From: Octopus vulgaris
Lineage: Eukaryota
NCBI GenBank assembly: GCA_951406725.2
Contig: OX597816.1
Span: 13,764,001 to 13,828,000 of the forward strand
Direction: 5' to 3'
DNA: 64,000 nt
Position numbers and translations under genes: made by a program. Position 1 is the stretch's first letter. The number at the start of each line of letters is the position of its first letter. Positions 23,549 through 38,139 of this stretch are shown here, piece by piece. Under the pieces are notes generated by a model. That model did no database searches, was not told where the DNA came from, and worked only from the letters and a program-made list of their open reading frames with translations.

Positions 23549-23940
23549 CTAGCAGTATTGCCCGGCGCTGCTCAGGTTTGTTTCGACCCTTTAGAATTGG
23601 AATTTTTGAAAAGTAAAAATTTTGCATTATGTAGCTTGTTATTCTCTTTAAGTGAACATTTTTCTGGTTGAAATACACCGAAAAATGGCGACACAGCAGT
23701 AAAAAAATCGTAAAAAATAGGGATTTTCATAGAAAAAAAGCACCTTTTTGATGTAAATAATTTTTGGTGTTAACATGGTCCGATTTGAATTTTTTCTTCT
23801 ACGGAAGGAAGAGCAAGCCTTCTTCTATCATACTCTCAATTTTGGTCAACTGGCGCCGCAGGGTCTCGGAGGAGATAGTGTTAGTTGAAGGCTACCAAAC
23901 CTGCCACACACAGACAACTTCAGCTTTATATATAGAGAGA
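23549..23940 (-). mobile_element. Non-autonomous Helitron
   Basis: The minus strand starts TCTCTCTATATATAAAG after an A. It ends with a GC-rich imperfect hairpin (CCTGAGCAGCGCCGGG) and CTAG before a T, with no TSD. Confidence 0.8.
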
Positions 23941-23951
23941 TTTAAGCAAGT

Positions 23952-24004
<53 letters not shown>

Positions 24005-24997
24005 TCTGTCTCCTTGTTTTCACATCACATGAGATTAATAAACGAGTGTGACTGTCATAGAAGCAGTGTTATTTGTTTCCAGTCTTCCTTGAAACCATGC
24101 CTGACCATGGGGAAATATTACCTTTCTTGTGAAGAAGGGCATCCAGCCGTACAAAAGCCTGCTTCAGTAAGCTCTGTTCAATGCAGGCAAGTATGGAAAA
24201 GTGGATGTTAAAAGAAAGATCATGAAGATGATGATGATGATGGTGGTGGTGAAGATGATAATGGTGGTGGTGGTGGTGGTGAAAATGATGATGGTGGTGG
24301 TGATGGTATTGTAGATGACGATGACGATGGTGGTGGTGGTGAAGATGATGAAGATGATGATGACGGTGGTGGTGGTGGTGGTGGTGGTGGTGGAGATGAC
24401 GATGATGGTGGTGGTGGTGAAGATGATGATGACGATGGTGGTGGTGGTGGTGGCGAAGATGCTGATGATGGTGGTGGAGGTGAAGATGAGGATATTAGTG
24501 GTAGTGGTGGTGGTGGTGATGGTGGTGGTGGTGGTGGTGATGGTGGTGGTGGTGGTGGTGATGGTGGTAGTGAAGATGACAATGATGATGGTGGTGTTGG
24601 TGCTGGTGAAGATGATGATGATGATGATGGTGGTGGTGATGGAGATGGTGGTGGTGGTGGTGGTGGTGGTGGTGGTGGTGATGAAGATGACGATGATGAT
24701 GACAGTTTTTTGAAATTGAATTAGCATCAGTCTTTGATAAAGCAATAAATAAAAGCCACTGAGAAGAGAGTAGATGCAAAACTATGACCTGCTGCAATTT
24801 GACGCAGAAGCAGTCAGGTACTTAACTTAAATTAAAGTCTGTTCTGCTGGGAATAATTTTATGGTTACAAAAATTCATGGAATCTGCAGCTTAAATAACC
24901 ATTTTTTTTTTTGCAAAGTCAATGAGAATCTTAGGTAGAAGAATTACCTAATGAAATATGGTAAGTGAAGAAAATTTGATATAAATTTGATATAAGC

Positions 24998-25070
24998 GGC
25001 CGCGTGGCCTAATGGATAAGGCGTCTGACTTCGAATCAGAAGATTGCGAGTTCGAGTCTCGTCGTGGTCG
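24998..25070 (+). tRNA. tRNA-Arg(TCG), intact cloverleaf, followed by a retroelement 3' tail (functional gene or recent retrocopy)
   Basis: 73 nt. Acceptor stem GGCCGCG/CGTGGTC, anticodon arm TCTGA-CT-TCG-AA-TCAGA, T arm GCGAG-TTCGAGT-CTCGT, and a TTTT terminator at 25078-25081. Confidence 0.9.
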
Positions 25071-27405
25071 AATAATCTTTTAAATGGCGGTACCCCAGCA
25101 TGGCCACAGCTCGTGAGCTGAAACTAGATAAAATTTTTAAAAAATAAAAAATAAAAAACACTATTCCTTGCACAAATGCAATTGCCAAATGGTCTATGAT
25201 ACACCATTGTTCACTGTGGCCTAGGCCAGTGCTGCATAACCAGCCCATCTAAGAGTACCCTTCAATCATTGGGCAATGAACTGTGCTTATGAAGACCTGT
25301 TGAGGCAAGTGGAATTGTTTTTGTGGAAGATGACAGTACCACTTGAGTGACACCCGTGCTGGTGGCATGTAAAAAGCACCGTTCAAGTGTGGTCAATGCC
25401 AGCACTGGGCTGACTGGTCCCATGCCGGTGGCATGTAAAAAAGCACCATTCGAGCATGGTCAAAGCCAGTGCTGCCTGACTGGCTCTTGTGCTGGCGGGA
25501 TTTAAAAAGCACCATTCGAGCGTGATCTTTGCCGGTGCTGCCTGACTGTCTCCCATGCCGGCGACATGTAAAAAGCACCATTCGAGCATGATCACTGGCA
25601 GTGCCGCCTGACTGGCTCCCATGCCGGTGGCATGTAAAAAGCACCATTCAGCCGTGGTCATTGCGAGTGCCACCTGACTGGCCTTCATGCAGGTGGCACA
25701 TAAAAAGCACCCACTACACTCTCAGGGTGGTTGGCATTAGGAAGGGCATCCAGCTGTAGAAACTTTGCCAGTTTGGATTGGAGCCTGGTATAGCCTTCTG
25801 GCTTGCCAGCCCTCAGTCAAACCTTCCAACCCATGCCAGCATGGAAAGCAGACGTTAAACGATGACAACGATGACGACGATATTACAAGCTAACTCAATT
25901 GTGACACCGATGACTGTGTAATACAAATTTCCTATTTTAAAGTGAGCTCAAAGTAAGAAACTCTTAAGAGAGCTGACCAGCAGAAGATCTTCAGAGAAAA
26001 ACCCTCCTCAGGCAAGTCTTTTGGCCCTTAATTTCTTACACTCCAAAGAGGCCAGGGTGCCTCCAGTGTATGATTCCTGGGTGCCTTTCTGCTGATACAT
26101 TTTAGCTGGATATCAGAGACTTGTGTGTTTAAATTGCTTGGTGATTTCATCTAGTTGTAACTCCTCTTCTCTGACTCAGTTTTCAAATTTATACTTAGAG
26201 AAGAAATAATGTTGGTTGTCATGGTAATTTTTTTTTCAAACAACAGCTTAATAATGACAAAGTTATTTTACAAAATTCGTTTTACAAAATCATTTTCCAA
26301 ATTGAATTAAGCATTGGTAATTTTTTGCAAACTAAACAGTGGAGGTGCATGAATCAGTGGTTAGGGCGTCAGGCTCACAATCATGAGGTTGTGTGTTTGA
26401 TTCCCAGACCGGGTTGTTTATTGAGTTCTTGAGCAAGAACATTATTTCACATTGCTCCAGATCACTCAGCTGTAGAAATGTGTTACGACATCACAGGTGC
26501 CAAGCTGTATTGGCCCCTTTGCCTTTCCTTTGGATAACATCAGTGGTGTGGAGAGGAGAGGCAGGTATGCATGGTCAACTGCTGGTCTTCCATAAACAAC
26601 CTTGCCCAGACTTGTCCCTCAGAGGGGAACTTTCTGGCTACAGTGGTGATGAGATGCCGGGGCATACCCTCAATTTACAAGAAGGTGAACGGTTACTGGT
26701 TATTGAACTGTCAATAGCGAACAGTCAATAACAGTTACTGAATCAAACCATTGAAGCAGTCAAACATAGATATATCTGGACTTAGTTAATGATTCCAAGT
26801 AAATTGATCGAAGGGTAAAATGTCACAGGCCACGTGATCTTTGTATAGCTGTATGACTTTTTAATAGACAGAGGCCAAGTAGGTGAAGCACACAGTCCTC
26901 TTTCATAAATGTCAACGATTCTGAGTAGAACTATTTAATATACTGCTACAGTTTGTAATGGCTCTCTCAGACATTTCCTCATATTTTTACAGTAGCATTT
27001 CTCAGTAGCCATGTTGTTGTTACCGAAATATCAAAAGAAGAAAACTGAGAATGCTAATGATGTCAAAAATCTTTATAGAAATATATCAAGAATTCCTGGC
27101 TGCCGTTTCTTTTTGTGTCGTTTCTTTCACTTGTTTCGATTACTGAACTGTGGCCATGCTAAGGCAATGCTGTGAAGGGGTGACCTTTAGTTGGACAATC
27201 AACCTGGAGACTTGCTATTTCTAGTCTTGTACTTATTTCATCAGTGTCTTTAGCCAGAGTGCTAAGTTACAAATCAACACCAGTCGGGATAAACACACAC
27301 ACACACACACACACAATCATCATCATCATCATCATCATCGTCATCATCATCATCGTCATCATCATCATCGTCATCATCGTCATCGTCATCATTGTCATCA
27401 TAGTC

Positions 27406-27437
<32 letters not shown>

Positions 27438-28568
27438 CAGCGTCGTTGTTGTCATTGTTGTCATTGTTATCATTTATCTGTTTCTATGCTGGACAGGTTC
27501 ATAGGAGCTGGCAAGGCCGGAAGCTGTGGGGCTGCTCCAGGTTCCATTATCTGTTATGATAGGGCTTCTAGAGCTGGATGCCCTTCCAAATCTGAGACCC
27601 CCTTCGGTCACGACACAGACCATGGGATTGCACCTAGAAAGATACCCTCCGAGGCACAAGTCCGGGCAAGGTTGTTTATGGAAGACCAGCAGTCACCCAT
27701 GCATACTGGCCTCTCCTCTCCACGCCACCAGTGTTATCCAAGGGAAAGGCAAAGGGTCCGATACAGCTTGGCATCTGTGATGTTGCAACTCATTTCTACA
27801 GCTGAGTGAACTGGAGCAATGTGAAATAAAGTGTCTTGCTCAAGAACACAACACGCAGCCTAGTCCGGTATTCGAGCTCACAACCTCACAATCATAAGCT
27901 CGACGCTCTAACCACTGAGCCATGCACCTTCCAAATGAACAGTGCATTTTACATGGTACTAGCACTATTGCTTTTTAAGTGGAACCAGCACCAATTCAGG
28001 TGGTGGGCTTCCACACAGTTTCCATTTACCAGATTCACTCACAAAGCATTGGTCAATCTGAGGCTATAGTAGAGGACATTTATCCAAGGTGCTATGCCAA
28101 GGGATTGAACTTGAAACAACATGGTTGCAAAGTGAGCTCCTTAAACACACGCCATGTCCATGCATGGTATTTCCTTTTCTTTTACATATTTTCTTTTCTT
28201 AATAAATTCCATGGTAACAAAGACAATGACCTTTACTTAGATTCACAGCAACATTTTAGTTTTGCTGCAAATTTGTATATTGGAGCTCAAAAATATAAAT
28301 TGCTATCTTGTAGGTGCAGGCATGGCTGTGTGATAAGAAGCTTGCTTCCCAACCACTTGGTTCTGGGTTCAGTTCCACTGCATGGTACCTTGGGCAAGTG
28401 TTTTCTGGAGCATGGCCTTTAGTTGAACAAATCGACCCCAGGACTTATTCTTTTTGTAAGCCTAGTACTTATTCAATCGGTCTCTTTTGCTGAACTGCTA
28501 ATTCACAGGGACGCAAACACACCAATATCGGTTGTCAAGCAATGGTGGAGGGACAAACATAGACACAA

Positions 28569-28620
<52 letters not shown>

Positions 28621-28906
28621 GAAAGGCCTTTTTCAGTTTTCGTCTACCAAATCCACAAATCCACTCACGAGACTTTCGTCGGCCTGAAGCTATAGAAGAC
28701 ACTTGTCCAAGATGTCACGCAGTGGAACTGAACCCAGAACCATGTAGTTGGAAAGCAAGCTTCTTACCACACAACCATTCAATTAATTCAAAACAACATG
28801 AATAAATTAGCATAACATTTAACAGAGTAATCTGAACGCCAAAGAATGAAAGAAGAAATAAATCCAGAGGAAAAGGTGAAAATGAAGAAAATATGGCCAT
28901 AGTTAC

Positions 28907-29044
28907 CTGACCAGCTCTTAATCCAACCAGCAAGCCTTCTTGACCAATGGCACCACCAATCACCTTGATATATCGCATCTGACTTTCCAAATCCCATTCG
29001 CGTACTTTGACCCCTTGCAATGTTAAACACTGCAAACGTTTGTC
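28907..29044 (-). CDS. IFT122: IFT122 internal exon (138 nt): [46 protein letters not shown]
   Basis: Acceptor ttcag, donor gtaact. Matches EKRLQCLSFSGVKEREW...[23 protein letters not shown]. Confidence 0.96.
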
Positions 29045-29341
29045 CTGAATAATAAAACAATATCTTTAATCAATAAAGCTATTAAAAATGTAATAGGTTT
29101 CATTATTGTAAGAATGACATTCAAAACTGTATATCAAAACAAAAGAAGGAGAGAAAATGGTTGATATATATACAATTCATGGCCGTATTTGAAAATACCC
29201 AGTAGTGGTTGCCATTAGGAAGGGCATCCGTCCATAGAAACCATGTCAAAACAGGCAACTGGAGCCTAAAACAGCTCTCCAGCTTGCCAGTTCCTATCAA
29301 ACTGCCAGCAGGGAAAACAGACATTAGATGATGATGATGAC

Positions 29342-29373
<32 letters not shown>

Positions 29374-31404
29374 TGGTGATGATGATGATGAGGCGAGCTG
29401 GCAGAAGCGTTAGCACGCTGGGTAAAATGCGTAGACGTATTTCGTCTGCCGTTACACTCTGAGTTCAAATTCCGCCGACATCAACTTTGCCTTTCATCCT
29501 TTCGGGGTCAATAAAATATGGACCAGTTACACACTGGGGTCAATGTAATCGACTTAATCCATTTGTCTGTCCTTGTTTGTCCCCTCTGTATTTAGCTCCT
29601 TGTGGGTAATAAAGAAACAGATGATGATGGTGATGATGATGATGAAGAGGAGGAGGGGGAGGAGGAGGATATTGTCTATGTCCAAGCAACCAGCAAGATG
29701 GCACATGGTTTTGTCATCATCTACTCATTACAAATAGCTGATAAGTGGATGAAAGTTTAAAATACCTTTTCATCTTTCTTGGTGAATTTTTCGTTTAAAA
29801 CAATTAAAAAAGGGTTTCTTGAAGGCAACACAGTCCTTAACCAATGTAACACACACATATCCGATGTATGTTATATATATGCCAGGGGAGACAGTATATT
29901 GGGACAATGTGACCTCCACACATAACTGCCAAAATACTGTAGAGAAAGTTCAAATTCTGCCGAGGTCGACTTTGCCTTTCATCCTTTCGGGGTTGATAGA
30001 TTAAGTACCAATTACGCACTGGGGTCGAGAAATTAAATGCCAGTTAAGCACTGGGGTCTATAAATTAAATACCAGTTATGCACTGGGGTTGATATAATCG
30101 ACTTAATCTGTTTATCTGTCCTTGACTGTCCCCTATGTGTGTAGCCCCTTGTGGGTAGTAAAGAAATAAAATGTCAAATGATGATGATGATGATGAGGAT
30201 GAGGATGAGGATGATATATACGATGAGCTCCTTTCAGTTTCCATCTACCAAATCCACTCCCAAGGCTTCGGTCGGCCTGAGGCTATACAAGTAGAAGACA
30301 CCTGCCCAAGGTGAACACGCAGTGGGACTGAACCCGCAACCATGTGGCTGGTAAGCAAGCTTCTTACCACAGAGCCACTCCTGCGCCTATTATTTGACAC
30401 ATTTAATAAACAGAAACTGCATGTCTTACATGCTGGCAAATATAGTAAATAAGACAAAAACCGTGTACTTCAACAGAAAAATGGTGACAAAAGGGTTAAA
30501 AAACAGATCTGTCCCTCTTGACATCGTTTTGATATGCAAAAAGTACACAGCTACAGAGTAGCTCCCATGAAGTTATTCTCATCATGCTTTCACTAAAATA
30601 TATAACATATTTTAGTTAGGTATTTACTTCAATCCTTGGCAGTTATAACTGGAACACATACATCACGGCTGTACCAAATATAAATTGAACGCAATTTCTA
30701 AGAAATAAAAAACCGCTGGAAAATGTAACATCAACTAACAACACTGATTTTTCTTTCCTTTTTTTTTTTTTTTTTTTTTTTACAGAAGAACTAAAGGTTG
30801 GTACTAATAAGAGTGAAAACAACAAGAATATCAAGAGGAGAAGAAATTTTTGACAGTAATAATAAGTCTGAATTTTCAATATTATTCTCAAATTAGATTC
30901 CATAATAAACAAATTAAAAAATCTGATAAACATTTGCAGAAAACAACCATATGATCCTACTGGAAAAACTGATAATTGAATAAATAATATCTCAATGATA
31001 CACAACATATAAATACATATATATATGTATATATATATACTATGTGTGTGTGTAATATATAGAGTATATATATTACATACATAACCGATATTATAGTGAA
31101 TATATATATATATGTATATATTTATCCACACACATACACACATATATATAAACATATAGATACTTATATATATACATCATCATCATCATCATCGTTTCAC
31201 GTCCGTTTTATGTATGTATATTTATGCATATGTATGTATATATACACACACACATACATAATACAGGCATATACACACATATATATATATACACACACAC
31301 ACATAAAACAGGCCTATACTTTAAGTAATTTGCACAAATTATGTACAAAGAACCACAATATAAATATATAAACATATCTATAAATATATACATATGTATA
31401 TATA

Positions 31405-31437
<33 letters not shown>

Positions 31438-31474
31438 GTATGTATGTATGTATGTATACATATATATATATATA

Positions 31475-31518
<44 letters not shown>

Positions 31519-32174
31519 CATATATATATATATAAATACACACATATATAAACTAGGATGGGGGGGCTCTTGTCAATATTAACTGTTTCTATTTGTAACC
31601 TTAAGCGAGTTATTTCGAGCAAAGGGAGTTCAAACAATGTGAAACACAGAGAGAGAAAATACAAAATTATCCTGCCCACCACGTTTTTTGAAAATTTATA
31701 ATTTGCACAACTAATAATTGAGACCAAACTTTCCAAAAAGCAACTGTAAATAACTCTTCTCCTGCTTTCTTTAATGCACATTTCCGGCACAGTCTTTAAA
31801 ATATTTTCTAAATGCATACAAGTTCTTGTAAAATAGAAATAGCCTTATGGTAATTATATATGTAACTGGTATCAAAGAAAATCAACTGCGACTGCTGATC
31901 AACGAGAAACCATCAATCACAACCGATACACCATAATTTTTAAGCTGCTTTCACTAGATTTTTCTGTGTTGGCTTAATGAGCTGCGGTTTTTCCGTTCTT
32001 TTTATCTTCCTTACGTTCTTCCTCTCTGTTTCTCTCTCTCTCTCCACATCCTTTCTATCTGCTTCTTTGCTCTCTTCCTCATATGAATGTATGAATATAT
32101 ATATATATATATATATATACAGAGAGAGAGAGAGAGAGATGTATATACATAATATACATATATATGTATGTATT

Positions 32175-32205
<31 letters not shown>

Positions 32206-32461
32206 TGAGAGAGAGAGAGGGGAGAGAGAGTGTGAGAGAGCGAGATAAATACATATATACATACATATATGTGTGTGTATATATATATACATATATAGAT
32301 ATAGATAGATAGATAGATATGTAGTAGGTACATAGATAGATGAATATACATATGCGCATATACAATCATGCATATACCCACATATTATGTATACATATAT
32401 ACACACACATGTATACATACAAATATGTATATGTACACATATGTATGGATATATGCATATA

Positions 32462-32505
<44 letters not shown>

Positions 32506-32555
32506 TGCATATATACACATATGTATATATTCATACATGTAAATATACATTCATG

Positions 32556-32610
<55 letters not shown>

Positions 32611-33138
32611 ACATATATGCATATATATAAGTATATATATATATATGTGTGTATATATGTATATGAATATATACACACACACCCAGATGCAGAGTTTATG
32701 TTTGCCGAAGACGAAAAGCAAAGAGAAAGAAAAAAAAAAACACAAAAAGAAAAAAAAAAAAAGAAAGTTTTCTTTTTTTTCTTTTTCCTTTCTTTTCACC
32801 AATAAATAGCTGGTTTTCTGGTTTACATCAAAATATCATTATTTACCTTCACATAAGTCTGCGAGAGATATGAAAACACATATGACGGCACGTTATGGTT
32901 TTGGGTGCTTCCCTTAATAAAGAGAGAACTGTAGTTAAGTCGGTGGTTTACATATCATTTCTGTATAGTAAACATCGCTGTGGGTTACCAACCGCCACCG
33001 TCCGCGTCCCCCTCTCAAAAGCAACAACACTGTGGCTACTATGGCCACCGCTCCCACCACTACTATTAATAATACTACCACAACCACCACTACTGCTACT
33101 ACTACTACTACTACAACTACCACCGTTGCTAATACTAA

Positions 33139-33169
<31 letters not shown>

Positions 33170-33814
33170 GCTGCTACTATTACAATGGCTATGACAATTA
33201 CAAGAGGAAACGGATGGAGGTGGGGAACCGAAAGAAAAGCGCTGGCAGAAGAAGAGAAATGGAAGAGATGACAAGGAAGAGGGACATGAGATTAAGACAA
33301 GAATAATTCTTTAGAAATTAACATAAAAGAAAAAAAAGAAAGAGACAATAAGTAATATATAAGAGGAGGTGCGTGGCTTAGTGGTTAGCAAGTCAGTATC
33401 ATGATCGTAAGACTGTGGTGTCGATTTCTGGACCAGGGTGATGCGTTGTGTTCTTGAGCAAAACACTTCATTTCACGTTGCTCCAGTCCACTCAGCTGGC
33501 AAAAATGAGTAATCCTGGGATGGACTGGCGTCCCGTCCAGCTAAGGAACACATATGCCATTGAAACCGGGAAACCGGACCATGAGCCTGGCTAGGCTTTA
33601 AAAGGGTGCATTTATTTGGGTGTCCCGGATGAACCTACTTCACGGCAGGAGGTGCAGATGAGGGCAGCTGCATCGAACTCTCTCATGCATAAGATGGCGT
33701 TTGCTAAAAAGCATCCGTGAGGTAAAATCGTGTAGCAAACCAAATGGCGGTGCCCCAGCATGGCCACAGCTGCATTAGCTGAAACTGGAAAAATCAAAAA
33801 ATCAAAATCAAAAT

Positions 33815-33858
<44 letters not shown>

Positions 33859-33892
33859 CTTTCTTTCTTTCTCTTATGTTTCCGACGAAGAG

Positions 33893-33983
<91 letters not shown>

Positions 33984-34013
33984 CTACTATATATATATAC
34001 TACACATACACAT

Positions 34014-34059
<46 letters not shown>

Positions 34060-34276
34060 ATACATACACCAACCCTATACATACACACGTATATACGCAT
34101 ATATATACACACACACTATACATATATACGTACTATATACAATACATACTAATACATACACCAACCCCATACATATAGACATATCATATATATATATTAT
34201 CTCCTTATACGCTATATATATCTTGATCTGGCATATATATTCGTTAGTTACTGCACGATATACTCGATATAAAGCT

Positions 34277-34357
<81 letters not shown>

Positions 34358-34360
<3 letters not shown>

Positions 34361-34370
34361 CTTCAGCAGT

Positions 34371-34410
<40 letters not shown>

Positions 34411-34462
34411 GGCCCCTGCGCAAGGATGACACACAAATTCGTGAAGTGTTCCATATTTTTTT
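34358..34462 (+). pseudogene. U6: U6 snRNA retrocopy, missing a few 5' nt
   Basis: Near-complete U6 with the ACAGAGA box, AGC triad and oligo-T end. Several differences from the recalled U6 are CpG-type transitions. The upstream sequence is (TA)n, with no recognisable promoter. Confidence 0.92.
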
Positions 34463-36649
34463 GGCCGATGCCAGTGCTGCCTTGGCTGGCTTCCGTGCTG
34501 GTGGCACATTAAAAGCACCAACCGATCATAACTGATGCCAGACCCCCCCTGGCACGTAAAAAGCACCCACTACACTCGCGGAGTGGTTGGCATTAGGAAG
34601 GGCATCCAGCTGTAGAAACACTACCAGATCAGACCGGAGTTTGGTGCAGCCCCTGGCTTCCCAGACCCCGGTTGAACCGTCCAACCCATGCTAGCATGGA
34701 AAGCAGACGTTAGACAATGAGAGATGATGATGATGATGTATATATATATATATATATACACACATATATATGTGTGTGTGTGGATAGATAGATAGATAGA
34801 TAGATACACAAATAGACAGACAGACAGACAGATAGATGAAATTTTCAAATTAGTTCACAAATCCCTAGTGCTACTTTTGTGGGCCATCAAAGGTCTGCAG
34901 ACCCCAGGTTGGGAACCACTGGTGTATCTTTCTTCTACCACTATCCGAAAATTTGTTTTTCCTTAAAATTACTGATTCATATATACAAATATATGTGTGT
35001 GTGTATGGGTATACATACATATATGTATGTAGGTATAAAGCTGGAAAAAGTTAGCCCTAATGAGGTGTGGAATTAGACATCTGATAAAATTCCCAACAGA
35101 CAAAACACAGTCAATTACTCTCCACCAGAATTCGTTGCGTTTTGGAACATCTTACTACCAACCAATTTGTACCAAAGTGGAGAAGGGGTTAGTTTTGTGG
35201 CAGGGGACAAAATAAGAGAATATCTACCAAATTTAAACAAGAACAAACGATTTTACTCGTTTCTTATTCATTAATTTTCGGTCATTTATTTCTGTCATTT
35301 ATGTACCCCCCATCTATCACCATTTTTTAAATGTAAATTTCTTATTTATGTTTATTTGAGTGATTTTCTTCCTCATTAACCCAGTTATTTATTTATCTTA
35401 CAAGGTAATGGCTAAGATGACTGAAACCAACGGAACACACACACAAACATACGCACACACTCATGCATACTCATACCCTCACACACACACACACACACAC
35501 ACATGTACACACACACGTATATGCATAAGGCGAGAGGAAAAAGAGGGTTGGATGGGAAGTATCATCAAGTTCATTGTCAGCATTTAACGTCCACTTTCCA
35601 GGCTGGCATGGGTTGGATGGTTTGACAAGCTGGTTAAGCAGAAGACGGCACCAGTCTTCAGTGTCTATTTCAGCATGGTATTTTTTTATGGCTGGATGCC
35701 CTTCCTAACACCAACCACCTCGCAGAGTAGACCGAGTACTTTTCACGCAACACCAGCACAGTTTTGGAATGGTTTCAACAGTTGGTTGCCCTTCCAAATG
35801 CAAACCACTTTACAGAGTGGACAGTCTAACCTTTCATCATCTGACCCTGGATCACCTCCTCCCACGTCCCCTCCAATATAGCAAAACACCCGTTTCTACC
35901 TTTCTGTCTCTTTGTCACACTTTAACCTTTTATCCTCTGACACAAGATCCCCTCCTCATAATTCCCTGCCCCTCTCATAATTCCTTGTCTTGTGAGTTAC
36001 TGGGTGACCCTGCCAGTGCTGGTGCCACGTAGAAAAGCATCCAGTCCACACTGTAAAGTGGTTGGCATCTGGAAGGGCATCCAGCTGTAAGAATTATGCC
36101 AAAACCAATCTCACCTGTGCTAGTGCCAAGTAAAAAGCACTGAGTCCACTCTGCAGAATGGTTGGTGTTAGGAAGAGCATCCAGCAGTAAAAACCCTGCC
36201 AGAACAGACACAGTAGGCTAGAGTAGGTTTTTCTACCTGGCCGGCTCCTGTCAGTCCTACCCATGCACGCATGGAAGATGGATGTTAAATGATGGTGATG
36301 ATGATGATGATTCATATATTTGCATATATGCATATATCAATAATACAAGGCAGTGCCCCAGCATGGCCATAGTTGAATGCTTAAGTCAAGTAAAAGATAA
36401 AAAAGATACACACACGCATACATACATTCTTTTATTTGTTTCACTAATTTGACTGCAACCATGAAGGAGCACCACCTTTAGTTGAACAAATCCACGCCAG
36501 GACTTATTCTTTGTAAGCCTAATACATATTCTATTAGTCTCTTTTGCCGAACTGCTAAGTTACAGGTGCATAAATACACCAACAACAGTTGTCAAGTGAT
36601 GGATGGGGAACAAACACAGACACACAAACATACACACACACACACATAC

Positions 36650-36694
<45 letters not shown>

Positions 36695-36731
36695 TATATA
36701 CATATATATATACACATATATATACATATAC

Positions 36732-36795
<64 letters not shown>

Positions 36796-36806
36796 TATAT
36801 ATATAA

Positions 36807-36842
<36 letters not shown>

Positions 36843-36844
<2 letters not shown>

Positions 36845-37201
36845 GGGATGTGCTGCCTGGGTAGGCAAAGTAGGCATTGCCTACCCTGAATAAAATAAAT
36901 CAATAGTAACATTTTCCTATGGCAAAATATACACCAAATTCAATTATGAAGGTCACTTTGATCATTATGCATAAAATGCAAAATAATTAACCCCAGCCTT
37001 CCAATCTCAGTATTAAAACTATGCATAGAACAGCTGTAGTACACATGCTGCGTACATTCCTACAACAATGTTTTGTTTATGCTGAAGTAAATCTGCCTCC
37101 AACTCAGTCACATGCCTATGTTTCGCTTACTTTTTAGTATGTTTTACTACATAAACATCACCAACTGCCTACCCTGAGTAATTACTCATGGCACATGCCT
37201 G
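36843..37201. mobile_element. MITE, possibly hAT-like, in a (TA)n tract
   Basis: TIR CAGGGATGTGC...GCACATGCCTG, with the subterminal motif TGCCTACCCTGA near both ends. Confidence 0.65.
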
Positions 37202-38139
37202 ATATATATACAGATCATTATTATCATCATCTTCATCATCGTTTAACATCCGTTTTCCATGCTAGCATGGGTTGGACGGTTCGACCAGGGTCTGGGAAGC
37301 CAGGAGGCTGCACCAGACTCCAATCTGACCTGGCAGGGTTTCTACAGCTGTGTGCCCTTCCTAATGCCAACCACTCCATGAGTGTAGTGGGTGCTTTTTA
37401 TGTGCCACCAGCACAGGGGCCAGAGGAAGCTGGCAACAGCCACTATTAGTTAGTGCTTTTTACATGCCACCGGGACGGACACCAGTCGAGGCAGCACTGG
37501 CATTGGCCATGTTCAGATGGTACTTTTTACGTGCCACCGGCATGGGTATCACAACTACAATTTCCATTTGATTTTTATTTTGATGTTGATGTACTTAACT
37601 CAACAGGTCTCCATTCAATGGGCTTCTTTCAGTTTCCCTCTACCAAATCTTCTCATGAGGCTTTGGTCAGCCTGAGGCAATAGCAGAAGACACTCGCCCA
37701 AGGTGCCATGCAGTGGGACTCAACCCGGAACCATGTACTTGGTAAGCAAGCTACTTACCTCACAGCCACAGCTACACACATATACTTGCATTCATTCATA
37801 TATTTGCATATATGCATATATTAATATTATAGGCTTTTCAAAGCACAAGCCCTCAATTTCCGTGTTTTATCTGGTAGTGGGTGAATTGGGTTGGGTGGGT
37901 CTTTTTGTCGTATTTTGGGGGTTTTTTTCCCTCTTTCTACAATTCACGAAACACAACACACTCATTAAACAGACACTTACTTAGAGCGTGAGGTGAAGCA
38001 AAGTTCTTAAAACCAACAATATTACAAAATAATGAAATAAATTAGGTCCTGGTTTGAGCTCTCCCCTTAATTAGAGTGGTGTGGTCTTCTGCTGTTTCAA
38101 TTACTGGTTTCTTCTCTCTGTCAGGCATTGATTCAATCC

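Noticed and set aside
32938-32980. Hairpin GGTGGTTTAC...GTAAACATCG as a possible pre-miRNA
   Set aside because: The stem is too short and I recognise no known mature miRNA.
34358-34462. Functional U6 gene
   Set aside because: The 5' end is missing, the upstream is pure (TA)n, it has CpG-type substitutions, and it is fused to a retroelement tail.
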